This document shows positions 18,350 through 28,731 of a DNA stretch of 48,719 nt, piece after piece (within the stretch, counting starts at the first letter, position 1; every line of letters begins with the position of its first letter). The notes under the pieces were generated by a model. The model saw nothing but the letters and a program-made list of their open reading frames with translations. It was not told where the DNA came from and did not search any database. This DNA comes from Puniceicoccales bacterium (GTDB taxonomy: Bacteria > Verrucomicrobiota > Verrucomicrobiia > Opitutales > UBA9783), in contig JAIRKR010000010.1 in NCBI GenBank assembly GCA_031260015.1, positions 1 through 48,719 on the forward strand. The letters are read 5' to 3'. The position numbers and the translations under genes were made by a program.

Positions 18350-18901
18350 ATGATGCGTCTAAAGCACAAAAGATCCTGTGGGTTTACACTTGCAGAAATT
18401 ATGGTAGCTCTGTGTATTGTAGCCATCCTTACCGCCGTTGCCGTACCGGGCTTTAAAAAAACGATGCGAGATCTTAAGTTTAACGAATTTGTATGCAATT
18501 TTGAGAGTTTAATCAAAGTCTTTCGTTCCTATTATTTGATTTTTAATGAATGGCCGGCAGATGGTAATACAAATATTGTTCCATCTGGTAATATTCGTTA
18601 CCTTTTGCCCAATCATTTGTACCGAGAAAATCAGTTTATATACCGGCCTCTGAGAAAAAGCGGTGCTTCCTTTGACTTTGAAAATTGGATCACGGGTAAT
18701 ATATATTCAGACGATGGGGTGTTGCTACGTATTGCGGTAGATGCTAGGATTGGAGATAAGACGAATGCGACTCTTTGTTTTAATAGGTTGACTGATTTAG
18801 ATGACTTCAAAAACCATCTTTACTATCATTGTTCGACTTGTGTAATTTACAGAGTACCCGAGGCCGCACACAATACCTGTACGGAAAACAGATATTATTA
18901 A
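18350..18901 (+). CDS. Prepilin-type N-terminal cleavage/methylation domain protein (pseudopilin/pilin-like)
   Basis: 183 aa. G-FTLAEIMVALCIVAILTAVAVP class III signal motif. Confidence 0.7.
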   Translation: MMRLKHKRSCGFTLAEIMVALCIVAILTAVAVPGFKKTMRDLKFNEFVCNFESLIKVFRSYYLIFNEWPADGNTNIVPSGNIRYLLPNHLYRENQFIYRPLRKSGASFDFENWITGNIYSDDGVLLRIAVDARIGDKTNATLCFNRLTDLDDFKNHLYYHCSTCVIYRVPEAAHNTCTENRYY

Positions 18902-19222
18902 TTTCCATGGATTGCATGTAGGTACACCAGGTACTTTCCTACATTTAAAAGTTTTCAATGATTTCACTTTACCTGCCCGCATTCTCAATTTCCTACGTTG
19001 CCAATATGGATAATAATCAATATGGAACAGTTGATTGACTGCAATTTAAAACATCTCTTGGGATTAATACCCTGTTTTTAAACTGTTATCGCATATTTTT
19101 ACGCAGGATGCTACATTCCGGTGGTACTCTGTAAATCCCTTCTTTTGAACGAAAAACGAGAAGATATTTACAAATAAAAGAATTGAATTTGCCGTTGAAA
19201 GTACTACGATTCGTAACTTATT

Positions 19223-20194
19223 ATGGAAACGTCCGCTAAGTACACGCTTGATTTTGAAAAACCTTTATTGGCGTTGAGTGAGCAGTTAGAACAACTGAAA
19301 CGTTTGTCCAACGAAAATCAAGTACAGATGGATGATGAAATTCATGCCATTGAAATTAAAATTAAAGAAACCCAAGAACAGATTTATAAAAACCTTACTC
19401 CCTGGCAAAAAATAAAGATAGCACGTCATCCTCAACGTCCCTATGCATTGGATTACATTCAAGCATTGTTTGAAAATTTTCAGGAATTGCACGGTGATCG
19501 CCATTTTGGAGATGATCAGGCATTAATCGGGGGACCTGCACTTTTTGAAAAGAAGCCTGTTATGGTCATCGCTCAGCAGAAGGGTCGCTCTTTGAAGGAA
19601 AACATTAAACGCTGTTTTGGATCACCCAATCCCGAAGGTTATCGAAAAGCGCTGCGACTTATGCGGCTCGCAGAAAAATTTAAGATGTCCATTATTGCAT
19701 GGATTGACACGCCTGGGGCGTATCCGGGCATCGGTGCCGAAGAACGCCATGTAGCCGAGGCCATTGCTGTTAATTTGCGCGAAATGAGTACATTGAAAGT
19801 TCCAAGTATAGCCATCGTTTTGGGAGAAGGCGGATCGGGAGGAGCCCTAGGAATTGGCGTTGTTGACCGTGTTTTAATACTTGAAAATGCTTATTATTCC
19901 GTTATTTCTCCAGAGGGATGCGCCGCCATCCTGTGGAAAGATCGCTCTAAAGCTTCGGAGGCGGCCAACGCACTCAAGTTGTCTGCCAACCACTTAAAAA
20001 ATCTTGATGTGGTGGACGCCATTATTCCCGAACCCTTGGGAGGCGCACACGCAGATCCTACATTGTGCATGGCAAACGTTCGGTGTGCCTTGAAAACTCA
20101 TTTGACAGAGCTTTTACAGGAGTCGGAAAAAGATTTGTTGGCAAAAAGGTATCGCAAATTTAGATCCATAGGTATGTTTGAAGAACATGCATAA
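19223..20194 (+). CDS. accA: Acetyl-CoA carboxylase carboxyltransferase subunit alpha
   Basis: 323 aa. Typical ARHPQRP, FIDTPGAYPG-like (WIDTPGAYPGIGAEERH) and GEGGSGGALG motifs. Confidence 0.95.
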   Translation: METSAKYTLDFEKPLLALSEQLEQLKRLSNENQVQMDDEIHAIEIKIKETQEQIYKNLTPWQKIKIARHPQRPYALDYIQALFENFQELHGDRHFGDDQALIGGPALFEKKPVMVIAQQKGRSLKENIKRCFGSPNPEGYRKALRLMRLAEKFKMSIIAWIDTPGAYPGIGAEERHVAEAIAVNLREMSTLKVPSIAIVLGEGGSGGALGIGVVDRVLILENAYYSVISPEGCAAILWKDRSKASEAANALKLSANHLKNLDVVDAIIPEPLGGAHADPTLCMANVRCALKTHLTELLQESEKDLLAKRYRKFRSIGMFEEHA

Positions 20195-21542
20195 AATTCA
20201 TTTTGGTACGGACGGTATTCGTGGAAAAGTTGGAGAATGGCCCATTACCGCAGAAGCCTTCAGGGGTATAGGGCAAGCCTGTTGGGCTTGGTTGAAGGCA
20301 AATAATTTGGATCTAAAGATTGCCGTTGGGTGGGATACGCGTGCCTCGGGGTCCGCGCTAGCGCATGCTTTTGCGCAGGGTTTTTTAAGCAACAGTATAG
20401 GACATGTCACTTTCCTAAACGTAACACCCACACCCGCTATCGCACATTTTGTTGCACGTGAGGGTTTTTCGTTGGGCATTGCCATTACGGCGTCTCACAA
20501 TCCATTCACAGACAATGGTCTTAAATTGTTTCACCACGGTGGATACAAATTGCTGAGAGAAGAAGAAGCCTGCATTGAAGCATGGATGAACCCGCAAGTG
20601 CTCACTCCCTCAACCTTACCTCACATCCACAAAATCAACGGAAGCGATTATTATGTCAAACACACCTTATCGGATTACAATTACCTCAATTTTGGAAGCA
20701 GAAAAATTGTTTTGGATACGGCCAATGGAGCTACCGTCTTTACCAGTTTGCCGATACTGAAATCCTTGGGGCTTGAGATTATTGCCATAGGCGATGAACC
20801 TACGGGCGAGAATATCAATCTTTGTTGTGGGAGTGAATGCTGCGATGGTATTGTGAAAAAAATGCGAGAAAGCGGTGCATGGTTGGGTATTGCACACGAT
20901 GGAGATGGGGATCGAGTTGTCCTATTTGACGAACAAGGAAGTCGGTTAGACGGAGATCAAGTTTTGGGAATCCTAGCTTTGGACAAATTCAAAAATGGAC
21001 AATTAAATCGTAATAAATTGGTGGTTACAGAACAGAGTAATTCGGGTTTAGACTGGACTTTAAAAAACTTTGGAATTCAAACAATTAGGACGGATATAGG
21101 CGACCGAGAAGTCTATTACAGCATGGTAACTCACGGTGCAAATATAGGGGGAGAAAGTTCCGGACATATTATTTTACGTGATATTGCAAAGACGGGCGAT
21201 GGCCTTCGGATTGCCATTGAATTGATGCGTATGGCTCTGGAACAACCCTTGGCGGAACGTAGGAAGACCATTACTCTATTTCCGAAAGCCGAAGGCGCAT
21301 TGAGCATTGCTTCAAAAATTCCAACAAGGCAACTGAAATGCGCACGGCTTTTTGAAAAAAATCACCATCGAGATGCGAATAGAATGTACATGCGTTATTC
21401 GGGGACAGAAAATAAACTACGCTTCTTGGTGGAAGCAGAAACAAATGCGTCATGTACGCAAATTTTGGCTCAATGGATGCATGCGGCCCGATTAGATTTT
21501 GAACATTGTAAAATTAGGGTGAATGGGTGTGTTACCTATTGA
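20178..21542 (+). CDS. glmM: Phosphoglucosamine mutase / alpha-D-phosphohexomutase
   Basis: 454 aa. FGTDGIRG, active-site ITASHNP, metal loop HDGDGDR, GGESSGH. 17-nt overlap with accA. Confidence 0.92.
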   Translation: MKNMHKIHFGTDGIRGKVGEWPITAEAFRGIGQACWAWLKANNLDLKIAVGWDTRASGSALAHAFAQGFLSNSIGHVTFLNVTPTPAIAHFVAREGFSLGIAITASHNPFTDNGLKLFHHGGYKLLREEEACIEAWMNPQVLTPSTLPHIHKINGSDYYVKHTLSDYNYLNFGSRKIVLDTANGATVFTSLPILKSLGLEIIAIGDEPTGENINLCCGSECCDGIVKKMRESGAWLGIAHDGDGDRVVLFDEQGSRLDGDQVLGILALDKFKNGQLNRNKLVVTEQSNSGLDWTLKNFGIQTIRTDIGDREVYYSMVTHGANIGGESSGHIILRDIAKTGDGLRIAIELMRMALEQPLAERRKTITLFPKAEGALSIASKIPTRQLKCARLFEKNHHRDANRMYMRYSGTENKLRFLVEAETNASCTQILAQWMHAARLDFEHCKIRVNGCVTY

Positions 21543-23943
21543 AAAAAAGTACACGCAAGCTTCCTTAAAAGTTTGGTTCGAGGCTTACAGAAAAAGTTGG
21601 TGGAATACCTATTTCTCGCATTCGGATTATCGACAAGGAGTTAAGCTTTTGAGTCATGGCGTCCAATCCATTACTCTAGAAGAACATTTCATTTTGGTAC
21701 ATGGTCGATTAAATAACGAAAATTATTACTCGACAGGTGATTTGCACGAAAATGGCCAAATAACTTTGCAAATTTCACAACGCAATGCCTCTGTTGGGAA
21801 AGCTTTTTTAGCGGCGGGTTTTCTAATTTTGGAAAAACTGATCGAAGAACATCTGTTCGAATTGAGTACGCCCATAGAAGTTGAGAGCAAGCATCCACAA
21901 CTTCCTCCTATGCCGGCAAAGGCTAATTCCGATCGAGCAGAAGTTGCCGACCCTTTGGGAAATTTAAAATTTTTTAAATGTAGCCAAAACTTAACTTTTG
22001 AGGTACATTTTCGACGACACAACAAACTCATTAAGCTCGTCTCTTTGGAAAAGCATTTGAAACTCAATGAGCGAGAACATCTACTATCTTTGCTGCATAC
22101 GGTTCAGAAATATGGATTTCACTGGGTAAATGCACATTTTCAAAGCAACGATCGAGAGGCATGGGCAGATTTTGTCAAAAACGAAATACCTCGACTGTCG
22201 CGCAAGTACTTTGTTGAAATCCCCGACTGTGTACGAAAATTGGAGGAAGGCATAAAACAGGTACAGGTGGTTTTGAACATGAATGCAGAAGACTGTTTGC
22301 AACAGCATTTTTTTGTAGAAAAATCATTGTTACGCGCCGAAAAATTAAAAAATTTCTTCCCTACGAAGCATAATCTTTGCTGGTCGGAAAAACATGGATT
22401 ACTTCGTTGGAATCCTGCAGATATCCGTTGGATGCAGCGGTTAAACGATTGGAAAAACCGACTTGGCCAAAAGTTGCCCGCCTATTTATTGCTGTCATCG
22501 TTCAATACGACGCACTTGGATGAGCAGGCAAGACAGTGGATAGAAAAACTAACCCATAGGCCGGAAAACTTGAATTTTACCCTCAAGATTCCGCTGAGAA
22601 ATTATCAGAAAGAAGGCGTTGTTTGGCTGAAACAATTGTTGGACTTGCATTGTCATCCCTTGTTGGCGGATGAAATGGGATTGGGAAAGACACGCCAAAT
22701 TTTAAGCTTAATACAATGGTTAAGAAGCGAAAATACGGATTTGATGCCGGATTTGATCCTATGTCCTGCCAGTGTGATTACCGCTTGGCAAACTGAACAA
22801 GAAAGTATTTTCCCCCAATTACCTTTGCAAGTGCTTCCTCATAAAACCGATGCAAATTTTATCCCCCATAGGAATGCAATCTTAGTTGCCAGTTATTCTC
22901 AGTTGAGGTTGCACGCAAATACACTGAAAACGATAAACTTTCGCTGCATCGTTTTGGATGAAGCGCAGTACATGAAAAATCCAAAATCAAAAACCGCACA
23001 CGCTTGTTTCAACTTGAAATCATGCTTTAGGTTGGCAACAACCGGTACACCGGTCGAAAATAGTCTCGTGGATTTATGGACGATTTTTCATTTTTTGATG
23101 CCGGGTTTGCTGGGAAATTACAAAGAATTTCAAAATCTCATGCAATCCGAATCGGAACGTACGCGACTCAGGGTACAAATTGCACCCTTTATTTTACGTC
23201 GGACAAAATCAGAAGTTTTAAAAAATTTACCCAAAAAGGAAGAGCACACCGTCTATTGCCCCATGACGGCTCAGCAACAAGCTTTATACGATACGTGGTT
23301 GCGTCAGGGTATTCATTTAAAACAGGGGCAATGGGGGCAACTTTTCATTTTGCTTCTACGTCTAAGGCAGATTTGTTGCGATCCAGGATTGCTTCCCCAT
23401 CATGAGCAAATATCTTGTAACGAAAGTGGAAAATTAGTGTGGTTGCAGCAACAGCTGGGTATTTGTGTAAAAAATGGGCAAAAAATAATTATTTTCAGTC
23501 AATTTAGACGTTTGTTGGAACGCATTATTCCCCTTGTGAAATCTTTTTATCCGCGTACGCTTCTTCTAACCGGAGACACGATTGTACACCAAAGACGTGG
23601 ACTTATTGAACGTTTTCAGAGGGAGCCACAAACTGCATTTCTAATCAGTTTAAAAGCTGGAGGAACGGGCATTACACTCCATTCGGCACAGGTCGTTTTT
23701 TTAATGGATCCCTGGTGGAATCCAGCCATTGAACAACAGGCGATTGCGCGTGTGCACCGTTTAGGTCAACAATTTCCACTGCAAGTGTACCGACCTCTGA
23801 TAGAAAATTCCATAGAATCTAAAATACAAATTTTACAAAAACAAAAGGGAGCAATTTTTGATACATTGTTTGCAAAAGGTCAATTATCTCAAATGGAACG
23901 CTGGCAGCAGTTGTACGACCTAATAAGTACGCATCAAAGATAG
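21523..23943 (+). CDS. SNF2/SWI2-family helicase-like ATPase with an uncharacterised N-terminal extension of about 350 aa
   Basis: 806 aa. LADEMGLGKT (motif I), DEAQYMKN (motif II), TGTPVEN and the C-terminal helicase motif AGGTGITLHSA..DPWWNPA..QA..R.HR.GQ. 20-nt overlap with glmM. Confidence 0.9.
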   Translation: MGVLPIEKKYTQASLKVWFEAYRKSWWNTYFSHSDYRQGVKLLSHGVQSITLEEHFILVHGRLNNENYYSTGDLHENGQITLQISQRNASVGKAFLAAGFLILEKLIEEHLFELSTPIEVESKHPQLPPMPAKANSDRAEVADPLGNLKFFKCSQNLTFEVHFRRHNKLIKLVSLEKHLKLNEREHLLSLLHTVQKYGFHWVNAHFQSNDREAWADFVKNEIPRLSRKYFVEIPDCVRKLEEGIKQVQVVLNMNAEDCLQQHFFVEKSLLRAEKLKNFFPTKHNLCWSEKHGLLRWNPADIRWMQRLNDWKNRLGQKLPAYLLLSSFNTTHLDEQARQWIEKLTHRPENLNFTLKIPLRNYQKEGVVWLKQLLDLHCHPLLADEMGLGKTRQILSLIQWLRSENTDLMPDLILCPASVITAWQTEQESIFPQLPLQVLPHKTDANFIPHRNAILVASYSQLRLHANTLKTINFRCIVLDEAQYMKNPKSKTAHACFNLKSCFRLATTGTPVENSLVDLWTIFHFLMPGLLGNYKEFQNLMQSESERTRLRVQIAPFILRRTKSEVLKNLPKKEEHTVYCPMTAQQQALYDTWLRQGIHLKQGQWGQLFILLLRLRQICCDPGLLPHHEQISCNESGKLVWLQQQLGICVKNGQKIIIFSQFRRLLERIIPLVKSFYPRTLLLTGDTIVHQRRGLIERFQREPQTAFLISLKAGGTGITLHSAQVVFLMDPWWNPAIEQQAIARVHRLGQQFPLQVYRPLIENSIESKIQILQKQKGAIFDTLFAKGQLSQMERWQQLYDLISTHQR

Positions 23944-24209
23944 AAAGTTTTACTTAAAAAATATCCTTTATGTAGGGTTAAAAGATTAACAAAAGTGTAA
24001 GTACTTTGGCTATAAAATTTACCTTTTGAAAAAATCCTCCTGCAAACTCATTTCAAATTTTCTAAAAATTACTTTCGTATTTTTTTAAGCAACGATTTCC
24101 TGTGTCGCAAAACGTCCACGTCAACCTTATTGTCTGGGGCAACAGATCTAGAATTTTCGGGCCTGAAACGCCGTAAAACCATTATTTTATTCTCATTACA
24201 AATAAGCAT

Positions 24210-25493
24210 TTAGCAGAACTTCAATTCGTTTCTAAGCTTAAAAATTCCAAAAAGGTTGATGCATAAAAGTAATCCGCCCGATACGGACATGACCATCAAT
24301 GCCGTACCTTGGGCCACAAAGGAAAATGTTATAAACGCGCCTATGGCGTAGATGAGATAAAAAAATTGCCCTTTCTCTAGAGAAATTGCCTTTGCACTTT
24401 TCATGCCAACGGCTAAATATCCAAGGACCGTTGTCCAACCGGCTAAAAAGAAAAAGATAGCCATAAGCAACTGAGCATTTGGGAAATGTCCCATGAGTGC
24501 CGTTACAACGCAATCAAAGGCATTATTGTGACCGACACACCATTGTCCCGTGCACAGGACTAAAAGAATGGTAAGGGTACAGATTGCGCAGTCGGTGAAC
24601 AGGGAAAAAACGGCAGTTCGTGCCTGAACACACGGATCCGTTATCCGCGTTTCAGCTTGAATGATAGCGTCGTATCCAATGCCGATATCTCCGGAATACA
24701 CCGCTCTTGCCATGCCATGATGCACCGCCATAACAACCGTACTGCCCGCAAATCCTCCGACGGCAGCATGTCCACTGAAGGCTGATTTACAAATGGTAGT
24801 AAGCAATGCAAAAAAATCAACATTGCTGTGATATATGGTATACAAACATACGCCGGTGTATGTTAATAGAAAAAATGGCATGAGGATCGTGCATATGATG
24901 GAAAGGCGTCGAATACCACCGAGCGTTACATAGATTGTTCCGGATAACAAAACCAGTATGGCCAAGTACCTATTTAATCCAAATGTATCGACAAAAACGT
25001 CTTCGACAACCTTAAATTGATAAATCTCAGCTCCATAAATGCACATGAGCAAACAAAAGATAATGGAAATCCATTTTTTGCTAAAGGCACGCATTAAATA
25101 ATGCGGTGCACCGCCATCGTATCCGTGTTTTTTATCGTGTATGCGATATTTGATACCCAAAAAAATTTCCGAATATTTAACAAGCATTCCAATAAAAACT
25201 GCAACCCACATCCAAAAAAGTCCTCCGGGGCCGCCGATGGATACAGCCGTAATGCATGCCCCAACGTTGCCGATGCCAATGGAGCCACCCATCGATGAAA
25301 AATAAAGACGAATGGGCACCAGACCTCTTGCTTGTCTTGTTCCATTCATAAGTGCATTAAATGTCTTTATGGGTCTTACAATTGTGCGAAATTGAAAAAA
25401 TTTGGATTTTAGTGTCAGGTAAAACCCAATGCATAGTATTAGAAAAAAGTCGATGTAGCTCCACAAAAGATTATCTAAAAATTCAAGCACCAT
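24210..25493 (-). CDS. Alanine/glycine:cation symporter (AGCS family)
   Basis: Polytopic membrane protein. FFQFR.., SSMGGSIGIGNVGA and GGPGGLFWMW are typical of AGCS. Met at 25493 matches family N-termini; the longer 25598 start would overlap the upstream gene. Confidence 0.9.
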   Translation of the reverse strand: MVLEFLDNLLWSYIDFFLILCIGFYLTLKSKFFQFRTIVRPIKTFNALMNGTRQARGLVPIRLYFSSMGGSIGIGNVGACITAVSIGGPGGLFWMWVAVFIGMLVKYSEIFLGIKYRIHDKKHGYDGGAPHYLMRAFSKKWISIIFCLLMCIYGAEIYQFKVVEDVFVDTFGLNRYLAILVLLSGTIYVTLGGIRRLSIICTILMPFFLLTYTGVCLYTIYHSNVDFFALLTTICKSAFSGHAAVGGFAGSTVVMAVHHGMARAVYSGDIGIGYDAIIQAETRITDPCVQARTAVFSLFTDCAICTLTILLVLCTGQWCVGHNNAFDCVVTALMGHFPNAQLLMAIFFFLAGWTTVLGYLAVGMKSAKAISLEKGQFFYLIYAIGAFITFSFVAQGTALMVMSVSGGLLLCINLFGIFKLRNELKFC

Positions 25494-25539
25494 AAACGTA
25501 TAAAGTAACAGGCGTTTAAAATATTGAAAGGTTATTTTA

Positions 25540-26811
25540 CTACATGCGCGACAAAACGGCCACGCATTCCAAGTGTTTTGTCTGGGGGAACATGTCAAAA
25601 GCTTGCAGTTCTAGAATTTTATATTGCGGCGCCAACGTTAAAACGCGTTTTAAATCTCTGGCTTGCGTGTCCGGAGCACAGGAAATGTAAACCATAATGG
25701 CAGGTTGAAATTGAATCAATTGTTGCAGAAAACTTTCGGAACAACCCTTACGAGGCGGATCTATAACAACGAGGGTTTGATCTTTGGGAAACGCAATACC
25801 CTTGAAAATAGTTTCAGCCTCTCCCTGTTGCATTTGGCCGTTATCAACGTGATTGAGCTGCATATTTTTTTGCGCTAGTGTGATGGAGGGTTCGTCAACT
25901 TCAATGCCCACAAACTGCCGCATCGATTTCGCAAGAATGATACCAAATATACCCACGCCGCAATAAGCGTCTATGAGGTAGTGGATGGGTCCAAATTGTA
26001 GGCATAGTTGTTGTAGGTATTGCAATATAGATTCTAAAATATGAGGATTATTTTGAAAAAAGTTTCCCGCCTGAAAGAGGAAATCATAACCGCACACTTG
26101 TGTCCGTGCAACCGCTTTAGGGTTAGTTAAAACCCCTTGGCTACAATCTCGCAGCAACAAGGTACCGCTCTTTATTTGCAAATTTTGTCTCGTTTGGGTA
26201 CGTATTTCGGGTAAACAAGTATTAATGGGATCGCTTGCAATGCAACATTGAGGAACATCAACCAATGAACGTTTTCTGCCGTAAGCTAGAAAACCAATGG
26301 GAAAATTATTTGTACAATTCCGTTCGAAATGCGGCGTTATTTTGGTCCGGTATCCATAAACTTTTTTCGAAGCTTGAACGGGCTTAACTTTGGCGGATAA
26401 TTTTGCAATGCGTTCCAGACAATCCGTAACCTGTCGATACTTCCACTCAAGTTGCTTTTCGTACACCATGTGTTGATATTGACATCCACCGCATTGGCCA
26501 AAAAGAGGACATGGAGGTGAAATACGATCCTGGGATGCTTGCAATACTTCGATTAAATCTGCTTCCGAATAATTTGTATGGTTTTTGAAAATACGTACGC
26601 GCACACGTTCTCCAGGAATTACAAAAGGGACCATGACAATCCAATCATTAACACGTGCGATGCCTCGCCCCTCGTTGCTGAGAGATTGAATATCGACCGT
26701 CAACTCATCGTGGTAATGAAAAGGTTTATCGGTAAAATGTTTTGGAGGCCTACCTTGCATACCGTTTTTCAGAATTAGCGAATTCAATCCCAAAAGGGAA
26801 GTAAAAAACAA
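25540..26811 (-). CDS. rlmD: 23S rRNA (uracil-C5)-methyltransferase, RlmD/RumA-TrmA family, with TRAM domain and Fe-S cysteines
   Basis: 423 aa. TRAM-like N-terminus, CPLFGQCGGCQYQH cluster, SAM motif DAYCGVGIFG, catalytic YISCAPDTQARDL. Start could be Met at 26760. Confidence 0.88.
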   Translation of the reverse strand: MFFTSLLGLNSLILKNGMQGRPPKHFTDKPFHYHDELTVDIQSLSNEGRGIARVNDWIVMVPFVIPGERVRVRIFKNHTNYSEADLIEVLQASQDRISPPCPLFGQCGGCQYQHMVYEKQLEWKYRQVTDCLERIAKLSAKVKPVQASKKVYGYRTKITPHFERNCTNNFPIGFLAYGRKRSLVDVPQCCIASDPINTCLPEIRTQTRQNLQIKSGTLLLRDCSQGVLTNPKAVARTQVCGYDFLFQAGNFFQNNPHILESILQYLQQLCLQFGPIHYLIDAYCGVGIFGIILAKSMRQFVGIEVDEPSITLAQKNMQLNHVDNGQMQQGEAETIFKGIAFPKDQTLVVIDPPRKGCSESFLQQLIQFQPAIMVYISCAPDTQARDLKRVLTLAPQYKILELQAFDMFPQTKHLECVAVLSRM

Positions 26812-26929
26812 ATTCCGTAATACGTATACAGTAAACCCTCATGGAGCATGGAATTTTACTTCGGCAAAAAATCCTATCCGCACGTTTTCGAAAAAATTTT
26901 AAAATGCCAGACGCCCGTTGATAAGATAC

Positions 26930-27589
26930 TCAGCGAATATTATGAGGATTTCTGTCGTAGGATATGCCAAAAAAAGAAAATTTTTTCGACGCCTTAATTT
27001 TCTGCACAGCATGCCAATGATTTACGATGTGATCTCCGTAAGAATCATGAGCACGTTTTGCCAGTTTCAGCGATTTATATTTTTTTTTCTCATATCCCGG
27101 GTAAGCCCATAAGCCGCCTAAATCTTCCACGCACAAAGCACACCCTCTTTTTAAAACATTTTGGAATCGTGGATCCACGCACGGTTGCCTTAGGGGCTGC
27201 TTACTCCCATATGCTTTTAAATGTTGTATTTGGGCGCGAATGCCTTCCAAAGGTGTTTTAAAATAATATCCCTGTTGACCATGACCGATGGTCCCTAAGC
27301 CTGAAAAATTATTTTGCTGCGGTTTTACATCGCCGCCAAAACGAAAAAATCCTGTTTCCACCAAACTTTGCGTAAAGGCGATGTCTCCCCGGACTCCCTC
27401 TTTTTCGCCTTCCCGCAAATAAATGGGAATATAAGATGCGTATTTTGAAGCTTTTGGATTTTTACTGAGCAAATAACGCTCCATTTGTTCCCGTGTACAC
27501 ACGGCTTTTCCCATAATGGATACCTTTGCTTCGGAGATAGAATGGATTGAAAATAAGATTACTACCCCCACATATTTGAGTACTTTCAC
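26930..27589 (-). CDS. Secreted glucosaminidase-domain protein (mannosyl-glycoprotein endo-beta-N-acetylglucosaminidase-like peptidoglycan hydrolase)
   Basis: 219 aa. Signal peptide. Motif AFTQSLVETGFFRFGGDVKPQQNNFSGLG..GIRAQIQHLKAY is typical of this family. Confidence 0.75.
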   Translation of the reverse strand: MKVLKYVGVVILFSIHSISEAKVSIMGKAVCTREQMERYLLSKNPKASKYASYIPIYLREGEKEGVRGDIAFTQSLVETGFFRFGGDVKPQQNNFSGLGTIGHGQQGYYFKTPLEGIRAQIQHLKAYGSKQPLRQPCVDPRFQNVLKRGCALCVEDLGGLWAYPGYEKKKYKSLKLAKRAHDSYGDHIVNHWHAVQKIKASKKFSFFGISYDRNPHNIR

Positions 27590-27722
27590 TCAATCTTTAA
27601 ACGAAAAATTTTACCAAGAATCAAGCCATTTTATCCGGTAAAAACATCTTAAAATCGTTACCTTGCAATTAAGTTAACATTGACAAAAAACGTTCCCACA
27701 TGTACAGTAACGCACAATTATT

Positions 27723-28730
27723 ATGGAAACAATGATGAATTCGCAGATGAGTTTATCGGAACTCAATGAATGTATTCAAGAACAAACCGCTTGGATTGAT
27801 CTATTAAAAACAGAGATTGGAAAGGTGGTTATAGGTAATAAGACCATTATAGATCGATTATTAATAGGTTTGTTGAGTAATGGGCATATTTTATTGGAAG
27901 GAATGCCGGGTCTTGCCAAGACTTTGTTGATAAAGACGTTGGCTCAATTGTTCCAATTGAAATTCCAACGTATTCAGTTTACGCCCGATTTACTGCCTGC
28001 GGATATTATCGGAACTCTCATTTACAACCCACACCAAGGGCAATTCACCGCTAAAAAAGGTCCTATCTTTACCCATATTCTGCTTGCCGATGAAATCAAT
28101 CGGTCGCCCGCTAAAGTCCAAAGTGCTTTGCTAGAAGGTATGCAAGAAAGACAAGTTACGTTGGGCGATACGACATACCCGCTCGAAAACCCTTTCTTGG
28201 TACTCGCAACGCAGAATCCGGTCGAACAGGAAGGAACCTATCCCTTGCCTGAAGCCCAATTGGACCGCTTTATGTTAAAAATTACCACCCAATACCCCTC
28301 TTGGCAGGAAGAACGTATGATTTTGGATGCGAAAACCTCCACCCAGCCAAGTGAGGAAGTCCACGGTTTCCTTGCGCAGCAAGTTATTTTGGAAAGTCGG
28401 CAGTGGATCGATAAAATCTATATGGATGATAAAATTCGAGATTATATTGTTCACATCGTTTACGCCACAAGAACTCCCGAAAAATATCATTTATCCATCA
28501 ACAATCTTATTCGCTACGGTGCTTCTCCCAGGGGAACGATTGCGCTAACGTTGGCGGCTAAAGCTTCTGCATTCTTAAAACATCGCGGCTATGTCATTCC
28601 GCAGGATGTAAAAAGTATTGCACCGGATGTGTTACGACATCGCATTGGTCTTACCTACGAAGCAGAAGCGGAAGAAATTTCAAGCGATCAAGTGATTGCA
28701 AATATTTTAGAGACGGTGCCAGTCCCCTAA
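27723..28730 (+). CDS. moxR: MoxR-family AAA+ ATPase
   Basis: 335 aa. GHILLEGMPGLAKT (Walker A), LLADEINR (Walker B), ATQNPVEQEGTYPLPEAQLDRF. Confidence 0.93.
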   Translation: METMMNSQMSLSELNECIQEQTAWIDLLKTEIGKVVIGNKTIIDRLLIGLLSNGHILLEGMPGLAKTLLIKTLAQLFQLKFQRIQFTPDLLPADIIGTLIYNPHQGQFTAKKGPIFTHILLADEINRSPAKVQSALLEGMQERQVTLGDTTYPLENPFLVLATQNPVEQEGTYPLPEAQLDRFMLKITTQYPSWQEERMILDAKTSTQPSEEVHGFLAQQVILESRQWIDKIYMDDKIRDYIVHIVYATRTPEKYHLSINNLIRYGASPRGTIALTLAAKASAFLKHRGYVIPQDVKSIAPDVLRHRIGLTYEAEAEEISSDQVIANILETVPVP

Positions 28731-28731
28731 T

